DNA from: Takakia lepidozioides
Lineage: Eukaryota; Plantae; Bryophyta
Length of the DNA stretch: 64,000 nucleotides
Direction: 5' to 3'
Assembly (NCBI GenBank): GCA_030704615.1
Contig: CM060733.1
Location: 74,090,001 to 74,154,000, forward strand
Part shown: positions 35,949 to 49,644 of the stretch, piece by piece
Position numbering within the stretch: the stretch's first letter is position 1
How the letters are laid out: each line of letters starts with the position of its first letter
Position numbers and translations under genes: made by a program
Notes under the pieces: generated by a model
The model's input: only the letters and a program-made list of their open reading frames with translations
Told to the model about the DNA's origin: nothing
The model's database searches: none

Positions 35949-38900
35949 TCAACGCTTCTCCGCTTTTGAGGTCGCCCTTAGCAAAAAACGCAACCGCCTC
36001 GGATGCAGTTTCCAATTATTGAGGCCACGCACCAAGATGCCTCCATATGATGATAGCCCTTCCATTTGACGAGATACTCCGTTTCTCGGTTCCTGAACTC
36101 CTCGACTTAAGTATTGCTCACACCTCGTACTCAGGTTCATTTTCATGACATGATCCAACAGCATAGGTGGCGGAAGCAACACTTGATGCCGATTCGGACG
36201 CGCTTTATCTTTGAAGTAAGGCTTCAAAAGGAGAGGACATGGAATACTGGGTGCACCTTACTGTTTGCCGGCAGCTCCAATTCATATACATCCTCATTCA
36301 TAACCTTCCGAATGCAAAAGGGTCCTGCATACGGAGGTACGAACTTCGGCTCACTTCCGGAGAGGTAGTCGGAAATTCTTGATGTTCAACCAGCCTCTGT
36401 GCCTGCCTCAAACTTCACTTCCGTCCGCTTCCGATTCGCCTGCCTTTCATACCGTTCCTGGCTTTGGCAAATGAGAAGGGTGGTACTTTGTTCCTCAACG
36501 TCCTGGGCGGCCCAACTTGTCGGCACAGAGAGGTGCTTTTCCATAGACCAATACGAAAGGGGAAACTCCCGTTGCGGAGTGTTCTGTATTATTATAACAG
36601 AACTCAGCCGCGTCTAAGTGTTCCATCCAGTCTGTTTGGTCTGCCGACACGTAATTCCGCAAGATCTGCTTCACTACGGAATTCACCCTTTCTGTTTGGC
36701 CGTCGGTCCTAGGTCGGAAGGCGGTGCTCATCTTCAGCCTCGTCCCCATCTTCTTCCAAAGTGCCCTCCAAAATTTACTCGTAAACTTTGGATCGCAATC
36801 CGAGACAATATCCTTCGGGACTCCATGATGCTTTAAGACGTAGGCGAAGTAAGGTCGCCTTGTCTCCTGCGCCGTTGCCCGTCTCCTTGGTGGGGATGAA
36901 ATGGCCCATTTTACTGAACCTATCCACCACCACCATGATTGCATCGAATCCTTTTGACAGCGGGCATAGCAGTCATGAAATCCATCGAGACGCTTTCCCA
37001 AGTCCCCTCTGGAATCGGCAAGGGTTGTAACAGCCCTGCTTGCTTTTGTACTCGCTCCGGTTTTTTGGCATGTGGTGCATGTCTTGACATACTCCTCTGC
37101 CTCCTCCCTCAGTTTGGGCCAGAAATATTCTTTCTTCAAGAGTGCCGCAGTGCGCTTGGCTCACCGTGGCCCGCAAGCGCCGGCTATCATGGCATTCTTC
37201 TTAGAGGCTATCTCTGATCCCTCCCTTCGCACGTAGAGACGCTTTTGCTTTATACCGAAGCAGTCCATTTTTGCAAGTGGAACTGCGATTTAACCCCCAT
37301 CCTCAAGCCTGCATCACGGACTTTCGCCAGCTCATCCTTCCGGCAAGCCTTCCGGATCTTCCTTTGGAGCGCCGTCTCGCCCTTGTACACCAACAAGAGC
37401 TACTGCTTTCTACTTAAAGCATCGGCCACCACGTTTGTCTCGTCCCGGTTTGTATTGGATATCCACGTCGAACACCGCCAAAAGTATCTTGCCACCTAAG
37501 TTGTTTTGGGGACAACTTGGGCTGCGTGGCAAAATACTTCACCGTGACATTGTCCGTGAACCACCTTCACTCGGTTGGAACCAACATAGTGGCCACCAAG
37601 AGCTCAAGACAGTGCCACCACCGCCTTCATCTTTTTCTCGTGCGTCGGCCATTGTCGCTCCACTTCAATTCAGTTTCTTACTTTCGTAAGCCACTGGACG
37701 TCCATCTTTGCATCAATACACCCCCAATCGCGAAGTTCTGACGCATCTGTGTGTATCTCGAACGGTAAATCGAACTCCGAATTTCAAGACTGGAGCTTCC
37801 GCCATCCGCTGGCTTCAATTCAGCAAAAGCTTGGCCACAAAAGGTGTTCCATGCCCAGACTTTAGATTTACACAAAAGGTCCTGACAGCGGCCCCCGCAA
37901 TCTTGGCAAAAATTTCTCACATACTTCCGGTAATAGGAGGCGAGTCCTAGAAGGATCGCACTCCCGGGACCGAAGTCGGAGGCTCCCAGTCCAAGATCGC
38001 CCTCACCTTTTCTGTCATCCATTTTGATCCCATCCTGGTGTAATCACATTGCCCCAGGAACTCCACTTTTGTGACCCCGATTCGCACTTTGAAGCTTTGG
38101 CATAAGCCTTTCCCTTCCCCGCAATTTTTGGAACACCCTTTTCAAGGTGCTCCAGGTGTTCCTCTTTGTTTTTGAGTACACCAAGATGTCGTGTTTTCGA
38201 GTACACCAAGATGTCGTCGATGTACACGATCACAAAGTCATCCAACCACTCCTGGAAAAGGCTGTTCATCAGCGTGCTAAAGGTCGCTGGTGCATTGGTG
38301 AGCCCAAAAGGCATCACCAAGAACTCATATGAACCATACCTTGTCCTGCACGCGGTCTTCTCCTCATCTCCTTCCGCCACCCGAATTTGGTGATAGCCGG
38401 AGCGCAAGTCGATCCGGCTGAAATACTTCGCTCCTGCCAACCGATCGAAGAGGTCGTCGATCCTTGGCAAAGGGTACCGGTTTTTGATAGTCACCTTATT
38501 CAGAGCCCTGTAATCGACACACATCCGCAGCGTCCCATCCTTCTTGTCTGCAAATAGCACCGGGGCTCCGTAAGGTGACTTACTCGGCCGGATGTACCCC
38601 TTTGACATTAGATCCTTGAGCTGAGTCTTCAGCTCGACCAACTCTCTGTGGCTCAACCGGTAGGGCGCCTTGGCAGGCGGTTCCGATCCCGGTATCACCT
38701 CAATCTTGTGGTCAACTCCTCTTCGCGGTGGCAAGCCGCTTGGTAAATCCTCCGGCATCACATCCTGGTATTTCTCCAAAATCCCCTTGATCCAATCTGG
38801 GCTCCTTCTCCTTTTCACTTCTCTAATGTAAGCAAAAATTGGGGCTCGTGTGCCTCCTCCACGGCCACTCCCTTGCTGACAGAAGGTTTTATTCGCCCTC

Positions 38901-40428
38901 CATGGATTTGGGCGTTTCCGAACACTCGTAAAGAACCTCGCCACCATTCCCACATACGGCAGCGTGACTACCTTCTTGCGGCCATCTATGACCGCTCCGG
39001 ATTTGCTCAAAAGGTCATCCCAAATGAGATCCACTCCATCGATCTCGCAGATGGTGAAGTTCTCACGTCCCTCCCACTCCCAGTTGAAGAGGAACATCAA
39101 ACGCCAACCTTGTCGCCAACTGGGTTCTCCTTTGGCAGAACGCACCTCAATAGAGGCCCCCACGTCACTTGTCGGGAGTCCCAACTTTCGCGCCGTCGCC
39201 GGCGTCATGAAGGAGTGCGACGCTCCTGTGTCACCAACAACGACACGTTAGTTCCGGATATTTATCCCATCCACGAACAATAACTGACTCCCTTTACGCA
39301 GGGCGCCAGTTTCCTGATACAACTCACAAGAATAGTTGCCTACCTTGCAAGTCCTGGCGACCACCGCTTCCACCAAGCGACTGATGGATCTTCCGACAGC
39401 TCCGTGGTTGCCCGAGTCATGTTCAATTGTCGAGGTTTTGTGCACTTCTTGGCCATGTGCCCGGCTCCCCGCAATGAAACACACTCCATCAAAGGTCGCC
39501 TTCTGTCCGCCATAAGCCGCTCCACCCGCTTTTCCTTTCGAAGCACCGGGTGCCGCCGTTGACGTGTGAAGGCCCTCCCTTCGATTTCCACGTGCCATTG
39601 TCGCCGCGTGGCCTATCCCACTTCTTTTCCGGTCGGAAGGAGTCACCTTCCCCGGGTCTTCTTGTGGTTCAGCTCCGTACGGCCTTGTCTCTCACCCCTA
39701 GGGACATCCGAGAAACATTCAGCCTCTCAATTGCCTCGTTCAAAGTCTTGGGTGGCTTCCTCCCAACTTGCCGCCTGGCCCATGGGGCCAGTCCCGCCAC
39801 AAAGTTGAAGACCATTTTCTGCCTGCTTCAAATTCCTCATTCGTTTGTCCCGGGCAAGCCAGGATGCGTTGAGGGGCACAAACTGTCTCTTCATCAATTC
39901 CTTGAACCCACTCCAGTTCAAGGTTTCGGGCTTGGGCCTCGGTCGTGAAGGCGTTTCTGCCACCATTGTTGAGCATAGCCCCTCAAATAGGTGGGAGCCA
40001 CTTCCACCGATCCTCGTCACTCAACTTGGCCGCCCGGAAGTACTGCTCTAGCTCCAGGAGCCAGGTGTTGAGTGCCTTCCGATTCGGACGCCCTCGAAGG
40101 TGCCGGTTCCTTAGGCTTCACCTTAAACTTTGCCTTAGTGGAAGTGGCATTAGCCGCCTTCAACACGTCTTTCAACGTCCCGCCAAACTGCGCCAACAAC
40201 CCTTCCCAAAAGGCTGCCGGCATGGGAGGCATCTCTTGGTTTGTCGGAGCTCTCAAGGATTCCTCGGGCTCCGACTCCTCGGATTCCTCCCGCTCTTGAG
40301 CGGCCTCGTTTTGGAAACATGCATCGCTTCCTCAAACGGCCGCCTCGGTGACACGTCGCCCCCATCGGGCTCACCAGGATCATCATCTTTTGGGCCGTTC
40401 CTTTTCGCTTCGGCTTGCCCGACCCCAT
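35949..40428 (-). pseudogene. gag-pol polyprotein (frameshifted)
   Basis: CCHC knuckle ~39450; protease (V)DTGASHSF ~39220; [30 protein letters not shown]; integrase IVSDCDPKFTSKFW, TDGQTER; GPY/F module and chromodomain. Confidence 0.9.
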
Positions 40429-40469
40429 GATGAGGCCAATCCCAAGGACGATCGCGTACTGAACTCTAA

Positions 40470-40481
40470 GCTCTGATACCA
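40470..40481 (-). promoter_or_regulatory. Primer binding site (tRNA-iMet)
   Basis: TGGTATCAGAGC 2 nt inside the 5' LTR end. Confidence 0.9.
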
Positions 40482-41203
40482 AGTGTCGCGCACCTCACTT
40501 CGGTAAGCTCCCCTTCAAGTCATAGTTACTCGCTTGATGCGCGCGCCTGACTCCCAACCTGGCCGCCGGGCCAACTTGGAGCTTCGGCTGCTCACCGGGA
40601 CATAACGGTCCCCCTTCGCTTCCCACTAAACCCTCCACCTATTTGGGACTAGTGGAAATTCCCTTTGGTAGATGGCAGTCCGGAACAGCTCCCCACTCTT
40701 TGGTCGCTTTCCGGCTCGCTCGCTTACTCACTAGTTTTTGGTCACCAACGGGCTTGCACCGTTCTCGGGGTTACTACTCCCTATATATACTTCTGTAGCT
40801 GTCCGCGGGTTTCACAACCAGCCATGCCATTTTATGGCGAACCACCACGAAAACCCTCGACTCCCGGTGATGAGTCGCGGTGAGTCTTGGCCCACTCACC
40901 ACGGCCCCTATGGACCGTGATGAGTCCCAAGACTCCCCACGACTCCCACCACGAGGTCTCCGCCCCCATGGTGAGTCCTATGCCACCCCCACTAAGTCCG
41001 CTAAGCTACCACCACCCCTTGTGGAGCCACCCCCACCGCAACCGGTGTGCGGGCTCCACCTAGTGAGCGCCTCCGCCTCCTTGAGTGCCTTGGGCACTCA
41101 AGGGTGCTTCAGCCCCCCATACCTATCGCTGCCACTGCCCCCACCACAGGGGCAGCCCCTCATGTGTCCCGACCCCCTGCCCTCAAGGCAAAGGGCCGCG
41201 ACA

Positions 41204-42664
41204 CACACCCCTACCAACAGGGAGTCGATGTCCTCATCGACTTGTCCATTTGTAGAAACGAACATCCAAGTTGTGGCGTCCCACATCAAGGAGTTTGTTT
41301 CCGTACCATGGCGTCCCATGGCAAAGAACCAAACCCCACACTTGACTCTACTCTCAAGCCCCGAAAGTCCCGGCCAAGGGTGGATCCTCTCAGTCCCCCC
41401 AGTGCACTCTTCTTGGCCTACTTCAAGGCCAAGGAACGATCCTCCCCGAGGATCGAATCGCATTACGGCAACAACATTGTTGGACCGCTCATGATGCCAC
41501 TTTGGCATCACCTTGAGCAAGGGTTCACCTGGAATCCTCTTTGACTAGGAAGATAACCTTGAACCAACAGGCGCCCCAATCACTACAATTGGGTCCGCCT
41601 TGGAATGCTGGCCTGAGGTACGGGAACCACGCCGAAGCCGCACACGACTTCGTCCGGGCTACACGATTATTCGTACATGAATGGAAGCACGTAGCTTCCG
41701 CGTTAGCCCGCACTACAAGGCAACCCCTCGGTAGCGCAGTTATAGTACGCGCACGCGCCAGGTGCGCACTAGCACGTGAACTCCCAAAGAAGGCGCAAGT
41801 TTCCTTGCCCCTTGGATGGGGGTCACCCGATTTCGGCACTACGCAAACACACGATTAACCCAATTTACCTCTCCCACTTTTATAAGCTAGCATGCATTCT
41901 ACACACTAGCCAACCATACCATGCATCACCATTCCAAACAAAATAGGACGCACAACATTTGGAATCCATTTCATTTATAGCACGTTTTGTACAATACAAG
42001 TTTTTACAATCGGATTCCTAAGCTAGCTAAGCCGGGTCAAGCATGCATTTCCTCCCCCACGCTCCAAGGTTGATGTCCCCATCAACGCTTCTTCCGCTTT
42101 TGAGGTCGCCCTTCGAAAACTGCAACCGCCTCGGATGCGTTTCCCATTTCTGAGGCACGCACCCAAGATGCCTCCATATGATGATAGCCCTTCCATTTGA
42201 CGAGATACTCCGTTTCTCGGTTCCTGAACCTCCTCGACTTAAGTATTGCCTCCACCTCGTACTCAGGTTCATTTTCATGATCCAACAGCATAGGTGGCGG
42301 ACGCAACACTTGATGCCGATTCGGACGCGCTTCATCTTTGAAGTAAGGCTTCAAAAGGGAGACATGAATACTGGGGGTGCACCTTACTGTTTGCCGGCAG
42401 CTCCAATTCATATACATCCTCATTCATAACCTTCCGAATGCAAAAGGGTCCTGCATACGGAGGTACGAACTTCGGACTCACTTCCGGAGGTAGTCGGAAA
42501 TTCTTGATGTTCAACCAGACCTCTGTGCCTGCCTCAAACTTCACTTCCGTCCGCTTCCGATTCGCCTGCCTTTAATACCGTTTCCTGGTTTTGGCAATGT
42601 TGTACTTTGCGAGCTTCAACAAATGCTCGCGTTCTTCTAGTCCCGCGAACACAGGGCCGCGACA
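41204..42664 (-). mobile_element. Second, mostly deleted tandem retro unit (chromodomain, UTR, PPT) plus a 12-bp LTR stub
   Basis: EYEVEAILKSRR..YLVKWKGY..ASWV chromodomain at 42082-42423; AGGGCCGCGACA at 42653-42664 followed by TSD CAGGT matching 34329-34333. Confidence 0.85.
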
Positions 42665-45397
42665 CAGGTAGACGGGTGCAAAAGTTCATATGTGATTCAG
42701 CGGTTGAGAGCGATGCAGACAGGGGAGGACGACGAGCCACGGAGTTGAGATGGTCGGTTCCGCAAGGTGAGATGGGATTTTCGAAAGCCTGGCCAACGAG
42801 CAGTCCGCTGGAGATGAGAAAGGCAATGACGGGGTGGAGGCGGAGCAGGACAGTCAAGGACAGGACAACGATAGTGATGATTTTCATGATTAATAGAATT
42901 TTAATGAACTCTCTGTACATTTAAATTCTATTCTAGAGTATATAAAGGAAATTCTCCCCGTCCTTCATGTCCCCTCTCCCATGTGCTTCTCAATGACAAC
43001 ATCGTCCAAACCTGGTCCCTCCCAAAATCGGACATGCGGCACCGCATTTCAATGTCGGAACGGAAATGTGGCAACTGCAAAAACCTCCTTTGGAAATGCG
43101 GCACCGCATTTCAAAACCGGGGCAAGAACAATTTTCCGTTTCATGGTTGGACATCAGAAAACTGTTCAGCCGAACGGAAATGCGGTGCCGCATTTCCGTT
43201 TTCGACACGGCAGTTTTGCCGATTGCCAGCTCCTTCCACGGAGGTAAATGGAAATGCGGAGGTCGAACATGGAAATGCGGTGCCGCATTTACATTTTGGA
43301 GATGGACATTTTTCCAACTGCAGACCCATCGACGGAAATGCGGCTCTCCATTCCATGATGCTAGACGGGAATGCGGCACCGCATTCCATTGTCCAATAAG
43401 AAATTTTGATGATGTACATGGAAATGCGGCGCCGCATTTCCAAAACGGACATCGTTGTTTGTCCAATTCCAGACCCTTTGACGGAAATGCGGCACCGCAT
43501 TACATTGTCCTATAAAAACTTTCGATTGCCAAACATGGAAATGCGGCGCCTCATTTCCAAAACAGACATCGTTGTTTGTCCAATTCCAGACCCGTGTGGG
43601 CATTCCGTCTTGTTGGACGGAAATGCGGCACCGCATTCCATTGTCCAATACGAAATTTTGATGACGGACATGGAAATGCGGTGCCGCATTTTCAGAACGG
43701 ACATCGTTGTTTGTCCAATTCCAGACCCTTCGACGGAAATGCGGCACCGCATTCCATTGTGCTCTCCGGAAATGCGGTGCCGCATTTCATTGTCCGGTAC
43801 AAAATTTCGATGACGGACATGGAAATGCGGTGCCGCATTTCAAGTATGGACATGGACAAGCATTAGCGACTGGACATGCTCGGACAATTCAAGGTCCAAT
43901 ATGGAAATGCGGTGCTGCATTTCCAATTCGAAGTATGGTAATGCCATGTCAGGAAATGAAATGTTGTACAACATTTCCGTTACGACGACAACGGAGGAAA
44001 GGGACCTGCCAGAAATCGCTGCATGGAGAAAAATGAAATGCGGTGCCAAATTTCCGAGCTTCGGTGTGTACATGTTTCCTTTTACTCATATATGGATTTC
44101 CTTCACCTCAGGAGTCTGATATCGCTGACTCTGGTATATTCATATGGCAGACACATTGTAGAAATGAGACCACAAATTGTAAACAGTGGGCCAATTACGG
44201 CAGTTCTTGAACACGATGAAACACAAGCACACAGAAGTGAGGTACGATGGGTTGTTTTATTGATCGAACACGGTGTCTCACATTTAGCAACTCCAAACAA
44301 ATCTAAGCCCTTCCTCCTTCTACATGGGCGTCACCAAGTCGACGGAACTTCGATAGCCCTCAAAACAAGCTCATTACTGATGCGGCACCTTGAGGTAAAC
44401 TGCAATGCGGTCGATCTGGTGCCCTTGGTGGAGCTGACGACAATGTCATGCCCATCAATCATACCACCATCATACATTGACAAGGTCACTGTGGGCCTCA
44501 TGTGCCCGTGCGATTTGTCTTCGCAACTCAGCCGAATGTCTCCATACACTGGAAGAGCGGAGTGAACTCCACAAATATAGTTTTCCCCGGTGCCATCCTC
44601 CCTCGTCCACTGGCAGCAGTTCCAGCGCCAAAGTGAGGCGGTGCGTGATCTGTCCGGCATCCCATTCCACCTTGGTATATCGAGGTCAACAATTTTCAGA
44701 ACCCCACGGACCGCATTGACCCTCGCCCTCACCTCGCTCAAAGCGGTAATAGCCCTCCAAATACTCCATTGCACGCAAAGACTCCCGCTTGATTCCAGAA
44801 GCGTCTGTGAAAAAAGAGAGCCAGACAATGATGTCTCCTGATTCTGGTTTGAACATAGCATGATCGTGGCCATGATAAGGGCAGTCAGCAGGATTTCGAC
44901 GGCACGACATCCTTGAAAAAGAGCAGCGCGGTGGCTGGAAGAAGTTCAAGCAAACGCTGCAATTCCTCACAAACACTCCAGGGCACATTTAAATTTCCCC
45001 CCTACAGGAACCTGCACGGATGAAGATTGGGTTTAGGGTTCATGAATGTAGCCGTTTCAGTTTCCTGAATGCTGAATGAATGTAGCCGTTTCAGTTTCCT
45101 TCCCTGCCATGCAAACTATGGGTAGTAAGTGCCAGGTGGGCCTATAGCCACTCGAGACGACGAAGTCCATCCCCCCTTCGATGTCAATGCGGCGCCAATT
45201 TCCATCCGGGGGATGGACTTCGGTGGCAGATTTCAAACTATACCCCGTGGATGAGAAAGAGGTATCGGTTCATCCACCGCTGGCGTGATGAACACGTTAC
45301 ACGATGATTGGTGGGTACGTGGGACCCAGATGCTCCATGATTGGAGCCCGCACTGCTCGTCCGCTTCTCATTATTTCGAAAATCTAAGGGCTTTGTT
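42665..45397 (+). mobile_element. Element A2 continuation: last exon, palindrome array 43030-44060, RWNCC gene
   Basis: Matches 12864-14240, then 59774-60460. Confidence 0.9.
44331..44910 (-). pseudogene. Family A RWNCC gene, paralog X1
   Basis: MSCRRNPADCPY..SGDIIVWL..LWRWNCCQWT..YDGGMIDGHDIVV..VPSTW; one frameshift. Confidence 0.75.
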
Positions 45398-46120
45398 TGT
45401 CGCACACCTCACTTCGGTAAGCTCCCCCCTCAAGTCATAGTTACTCGCTTGATGCGCGCGCCTAACTCCCAACCTGGCCGCCGGGCCAACTTGGAGCTCC
45501 GTCTGCTCACCGGGACATAGCGGTCCCCCTTTGATCTCCCAAAGAACCCTCCAACAATTTAGAACCAGCGGAATTCCCTTGGTAGTTGGCAGTCCGGAAT
45601 AGCTCCCCACTCTTTGGTCGCTTTCCGGCTCGCTCGCTTACTCACTAGTTTTTGGTCACCAACGGGCTTGCACCGTTCTCGGGGTTACTACTCCCTATAT
45701 ATACTTCTGTAGCTGTTTGCGGGGGTTTCACTAACAACCATGCCATTTTATGGCGAACCACCACGAACACCCTCGACTCCCGGTGATGAGTCGCGGTGAG
45801 TCTTGGCCCACCCACCACGGCCCCTATGGACCGTGATGAGTCCCAAGACTCCCTACGACTCCCACCACGAGGTCTCCGCCCCAGGGTGAGTCCTATGCCA
45901 CCCCCACTAAGTCCCGCTAAGCTACCACCACCCCTCGTGGAGCCACCCCCACCGCAACCCGGTGTGCGGGGCTCCACCTAGTGAGCGCCTCTGCCTCCTG
46001 GAGTGCCTTGGGCACTCAAGGGTGCTTCAACCCCCCATACCTATCGCTGCCACTACCCCACCAAAGGGGCAGCCCCTCTTGTGTCCTGACCCCCTGCCCT
46101 CAAGGCAAAGGGCCGCGACA
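45398..46120 (-). mobile_element. LTR without matching TSD (recombinant or rearrangement junction)
   Basis: TGTCGCACACC...GGCCGCGACA; flanks TTGTT and GCGGT. Confidence 0.9.
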
Positions 46121-47254
46121 GCGGTACTGGAAGGCAGGCACGGAGGTCTGGTTGAACATCAAGAATTTCCGACTACCTCCGGAAGTGAGTCCAAAGTTCG
46201 TACCTCTGTATGCGGGACCCTTTCGCATCCGGAAGGTATGATGAGAGGATGTGTATGAATTGGAGCTGCCGGAAAACAACAAGGTGCATCCACTATTCCA
46301 CGTCTCCCTTTTGAAGCCTTACTTCAAAAATGAAGCGCGTCCGAATCGGCATCAAGTGTTGCGTCCGCCACCTGTGCTGTTGGATCATGAAAATGAACCT
46401 GAGTACGAGGTGGAGGCAGTAGTACTTAAGTCGAGGAGTTCAAGAACCGAGAAACGGAGTATCTCGTCAAATGAAGGGCTATCATCATGTGGAGGCATCT
46501 GGGTGCGTGCCTCAGAAATGGGAAACGCATCCGAGGCGTTGTAGTTTTCGAAGGGCGATCTCAAAAGCGGGAAGAGCGTTGATGGGGACATGAACCTTGG
46601 AGTGTGGGGGAGGAAATGCATGCTTAGCCCAGCTTAGCTAGCTCAAGAATCCGATTGCAAAAACTTGTATTGTACAAAATTTGCTTTAAATGAAATGGTT
46701 TTCAAATGTTGTGCTTCCTATTTTGTTTGGAATGGTGATGCATGGTATGGTTGGCTAGTGTGTAGAATGCATGCTAGCTTACAAAAGTGGGAGAGGTAAA
46801 TTGGGTAATCGTGTGTTTGCCCAGGCCGAAATCGGGTGACTCCCATCCAAAGGCAAGGAAACTTGCGCCTTCTTGGGAGTTCACGTGCTAGTGCGCACCT
46901 AGCGCGTGCGCGTACTATAAATGCGCTACCGAGGGGTTTGCCTTGTAGGGCGGGCTAACGCGGAAGCTACGTGCTTCCGTTCACGTACTATAATCGTGTA
47001 GCCTCGGGACGAAGTCGTAGTGCGGCTTCGGCGTGTTCCCGTACCTCATGCCAGCATTCCAAGGCGGACCCAATTGTAGTGATTGGCGCGCGGTTGGTTC
47101 AAGGTTATCTTCCTAGTCAAAGAGGGTTCGAGGTGAACCCTTGCTCAAGGTGATGCCAAAAGCGGCATCATGAGCGGTCGCAAGCAATGTTGTTGCAGTA
47201 AGGCGATTCGATCCTCGGGGAGAGCGTTCCTTGGCTTGAAGTAGGCCAAGAAGA
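46121..47254 (+). mobile_element. Chromovirus integrase tail, chromodomain and 3' UTR, interrupted by element A1
   Basis: YELELP..HPLFHVSLLKPY, EYEVEA; the UTR breaks at GGCCAAGAAGA. Confidence 0.9.
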
Positions 47255-47682
47255 GGGGGGGGGCTATATTCAGGAGCCATGAGCCATGAGCAGAGTCGTA
47301 AGTGTCGAAAAAAACATGAGCAGGACTATTTTCCGGAAATGAGTGTCCGCGGGAATAGGGTGGTGTCACGGTCATAGGGGGAGAAGGACCTCCCGATGAA
47401 GGAGGTTCGGCAATGTTTTTTAGAATTACATATTGAAAGGCAATGTTTCGCGAATGGTAGGGTGGTACTGATCTATACAATGGGGGCCCATTTCAGCCTA
47501 CCAGCCACTTGCAAAATCCACCCACACTCCAATGAGGAATGACGCATTTGGGAACGATGGATACAGAATAGAACAAAAAGGGGCACAATGGGTTTTTATT
47601 GATCCACAAAATTGCATTTGAAGCACGTCTACTATGCTGATTGTGCAAACAATTCTTTAGCCCTGTGCCTTCTAAATACAAG

Positions 47683-48243
47683 TCACGTTGTCAATGGGAC
47701 TTCGACTGCTCTGAGAAGTAGCTCATAGTTTCGGGCTCCTCCAGGTAAACTGGATTGCAGCCGTTTGTACCGCCCCTGTTTATGTTCACCATAATGTCCT
47801 CCCATTCAATCATACCACCATCGAATATGGAAAGCTTCACGTTTTCGCCGTCCACACCAATGTGAATGTCCCCATACAATGGAGAAGATGAGCGCACTCC
47901 TTCAGGAGTATAAGTCTCTCCGATGGAGTCCACCACGTCCACTGGCAGCAGTTCCACCGCAACAGCATAGCAGTGCGCATTCTTCTGCATGGGTGCCCGT
48001 CGTAGCTGGGAAAATCGGAATCAAGGATGCGTAGGAGCCACGGACTCCTCAGACCAAGATCGTCACCCCGCTCGAAGGCATACTGGCTTGGGAGATACTC
48101 AAAAGCGGACAATGTTTCCACATTCGAACCAGTATCTTCTGTGTAATTGTGTACCAGATAACGATGTCTCCCGATGTGGCCGAATACATTGCATAATCGA
48201 TGCCTCCATAAGGGCAGTCGTCCCGGTTCCGGAAGCACGGCAT
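47683..48243 (-). pseudogene. RWNCC paralog X2 (copy A1, frameshifted)
   Basis: Same sequence as the intact ORF at 60521-61084. Confidence 0.75.
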
Positions 48244-48797
48244 CCTTGCAAAGGAGGACCTGAGGACGTCTTTGATGCCGATGACAATGACCTTGCGGAC
48301 AACAACGAAGCCCTTAGATTTTTGAAATGATGAGAAGCGGAAGAGCAGTGCGGTCTCCAATAATGGACCATCTGGTCACAAGTACCCACCAATCATCGTG
48401 TAACGTGTTCAACAAGCCAGCGGTGGATGAACCGATACCTCTTTCTCATCCACGGGGTATAGTTTGAAATCTGCCACCGAAGTCCATCCCCCGGATGGAA
48501 ATTCGGCGCCGTATTTACATCGAAGGGGGGATGGACTTCGTCATCTCGAGTGGCTATAGGCCCACCTGGCACTTACTGCCATAGTTTGCATGGCAGGGAA
48601 GGAAACTGAAACGACTACATCCATGGATGAGCCAATCTTCATCCATGCAGGTTCCTGTCGGGGGGATATTTAAATGTGCCCTGGAGAGTTTGTGAGAATT
48701 GCAGCGTTTGCTTGAATTTCTTCCAGCCACCGCGCCGCTGCCTCCTCCATCCGGGAGCTGCTGTCATTGAGCATACTGCGCTACTCTTTTTCAGGGG

Positions 48798-49372
48798 ATG
48801 CCGTGCCGCCAAAATCCTGCTGACGCCTTTATCATGGCCACGATTATGCTATGTTCAAACCAGAATCAGGAGACATCATTGTCTGGCTTTCACTTTCACA
48901 GACGCATCTGAATCAAGCGGGAGTCTTTGCGCGCAATGGAGTATTTGGAGGGCTATTACCGCTTTGAGCGAGGTGAGGGCGAGGGTCAATGCGGTCCGTG
49001 GGTCCTGAAAATTGTTGACCTCGATATACCAAGGTGGAATGGGATGCCGGACAGATCACGCACGGCTTCACTTGGCGCTGGAACTGCTGCCAGTGGACCA
49101 GGGAGGACGGCACCGGGGAAAACTATATTCGTGGAGTTCACTCCGCTTTTCCAGTGTATGGAGACATTCGGCTGAGTTGCGAAGACGAATCGCACGGGCA
49201 CAGGAGGCCCACAGTGACCTTGTCGATGTATGATGGTGGTATGATTGATGGGCATGACATTGTCGTCAGCTCCACCAAGGGCACCAGATCGACCGCATTG
49301 CAGTTTACCTCGAGGTGCCGCATCAGTAATGAGCTTGTTTTGAGGGCTATCAAAGTTCCGTCGACTTGGTGA
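48798..49372 (+). pseudogene. RWNCC paralog X1 (copy A1, frameshifted)
   Basis: Same sequence as 44331-44910. Confidence 0.75.
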
Positions 49373-49644
49373 CGCCCATGTAGAAGGAGGAAGGCTTAGA
49401 TTTGTCTGGAGTTGCTAAATGTGAGACACCGTGTTCGATCAATAAAAACAACCCATCGTACCTCACTTCTGTGTGCTTGTGTTTCATCGTGTTCAAGACT
49501 GCCGTAATTGGCCCACTGTTTATAATTTGAGGTCTCATTTGTACAATGTGTCTGTCCATATGACTATACCAGAGTTAGCGAATATCAGAGTCTTGAGGTG
49601 AAGAAAATCCATGTATGAGTTGTAGGAAACATGTACACGCCGAA

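Larger units (their letters stand above)
34334..41203 (-). mobile_element. Near full-length Ty3/gypsy chromovirus
   Basis: LTRs 34334-35060 and 40484-41203; PBS TGGTATCAGAGC at 40470-40481 (-); PPT at 35061-35075; domain order gag-PR-RT-RH-IN-chromo. Confidence 0.95.
47255..49639 (-). mobile_element. Right arm and terminus of element A1 (inverted)
   Basis: GGGGGG..GCTAT..(ATGAGC)n end at ~47256; reverse complement of 59774-61548 and 44054-45397. Confidence 0.85.

Noticed and set aside
35949-40428. Programmed frameshifting in gag-pol
   Set aside because: Numerous scattered 1-bp indels and small duplications fit decay or read error
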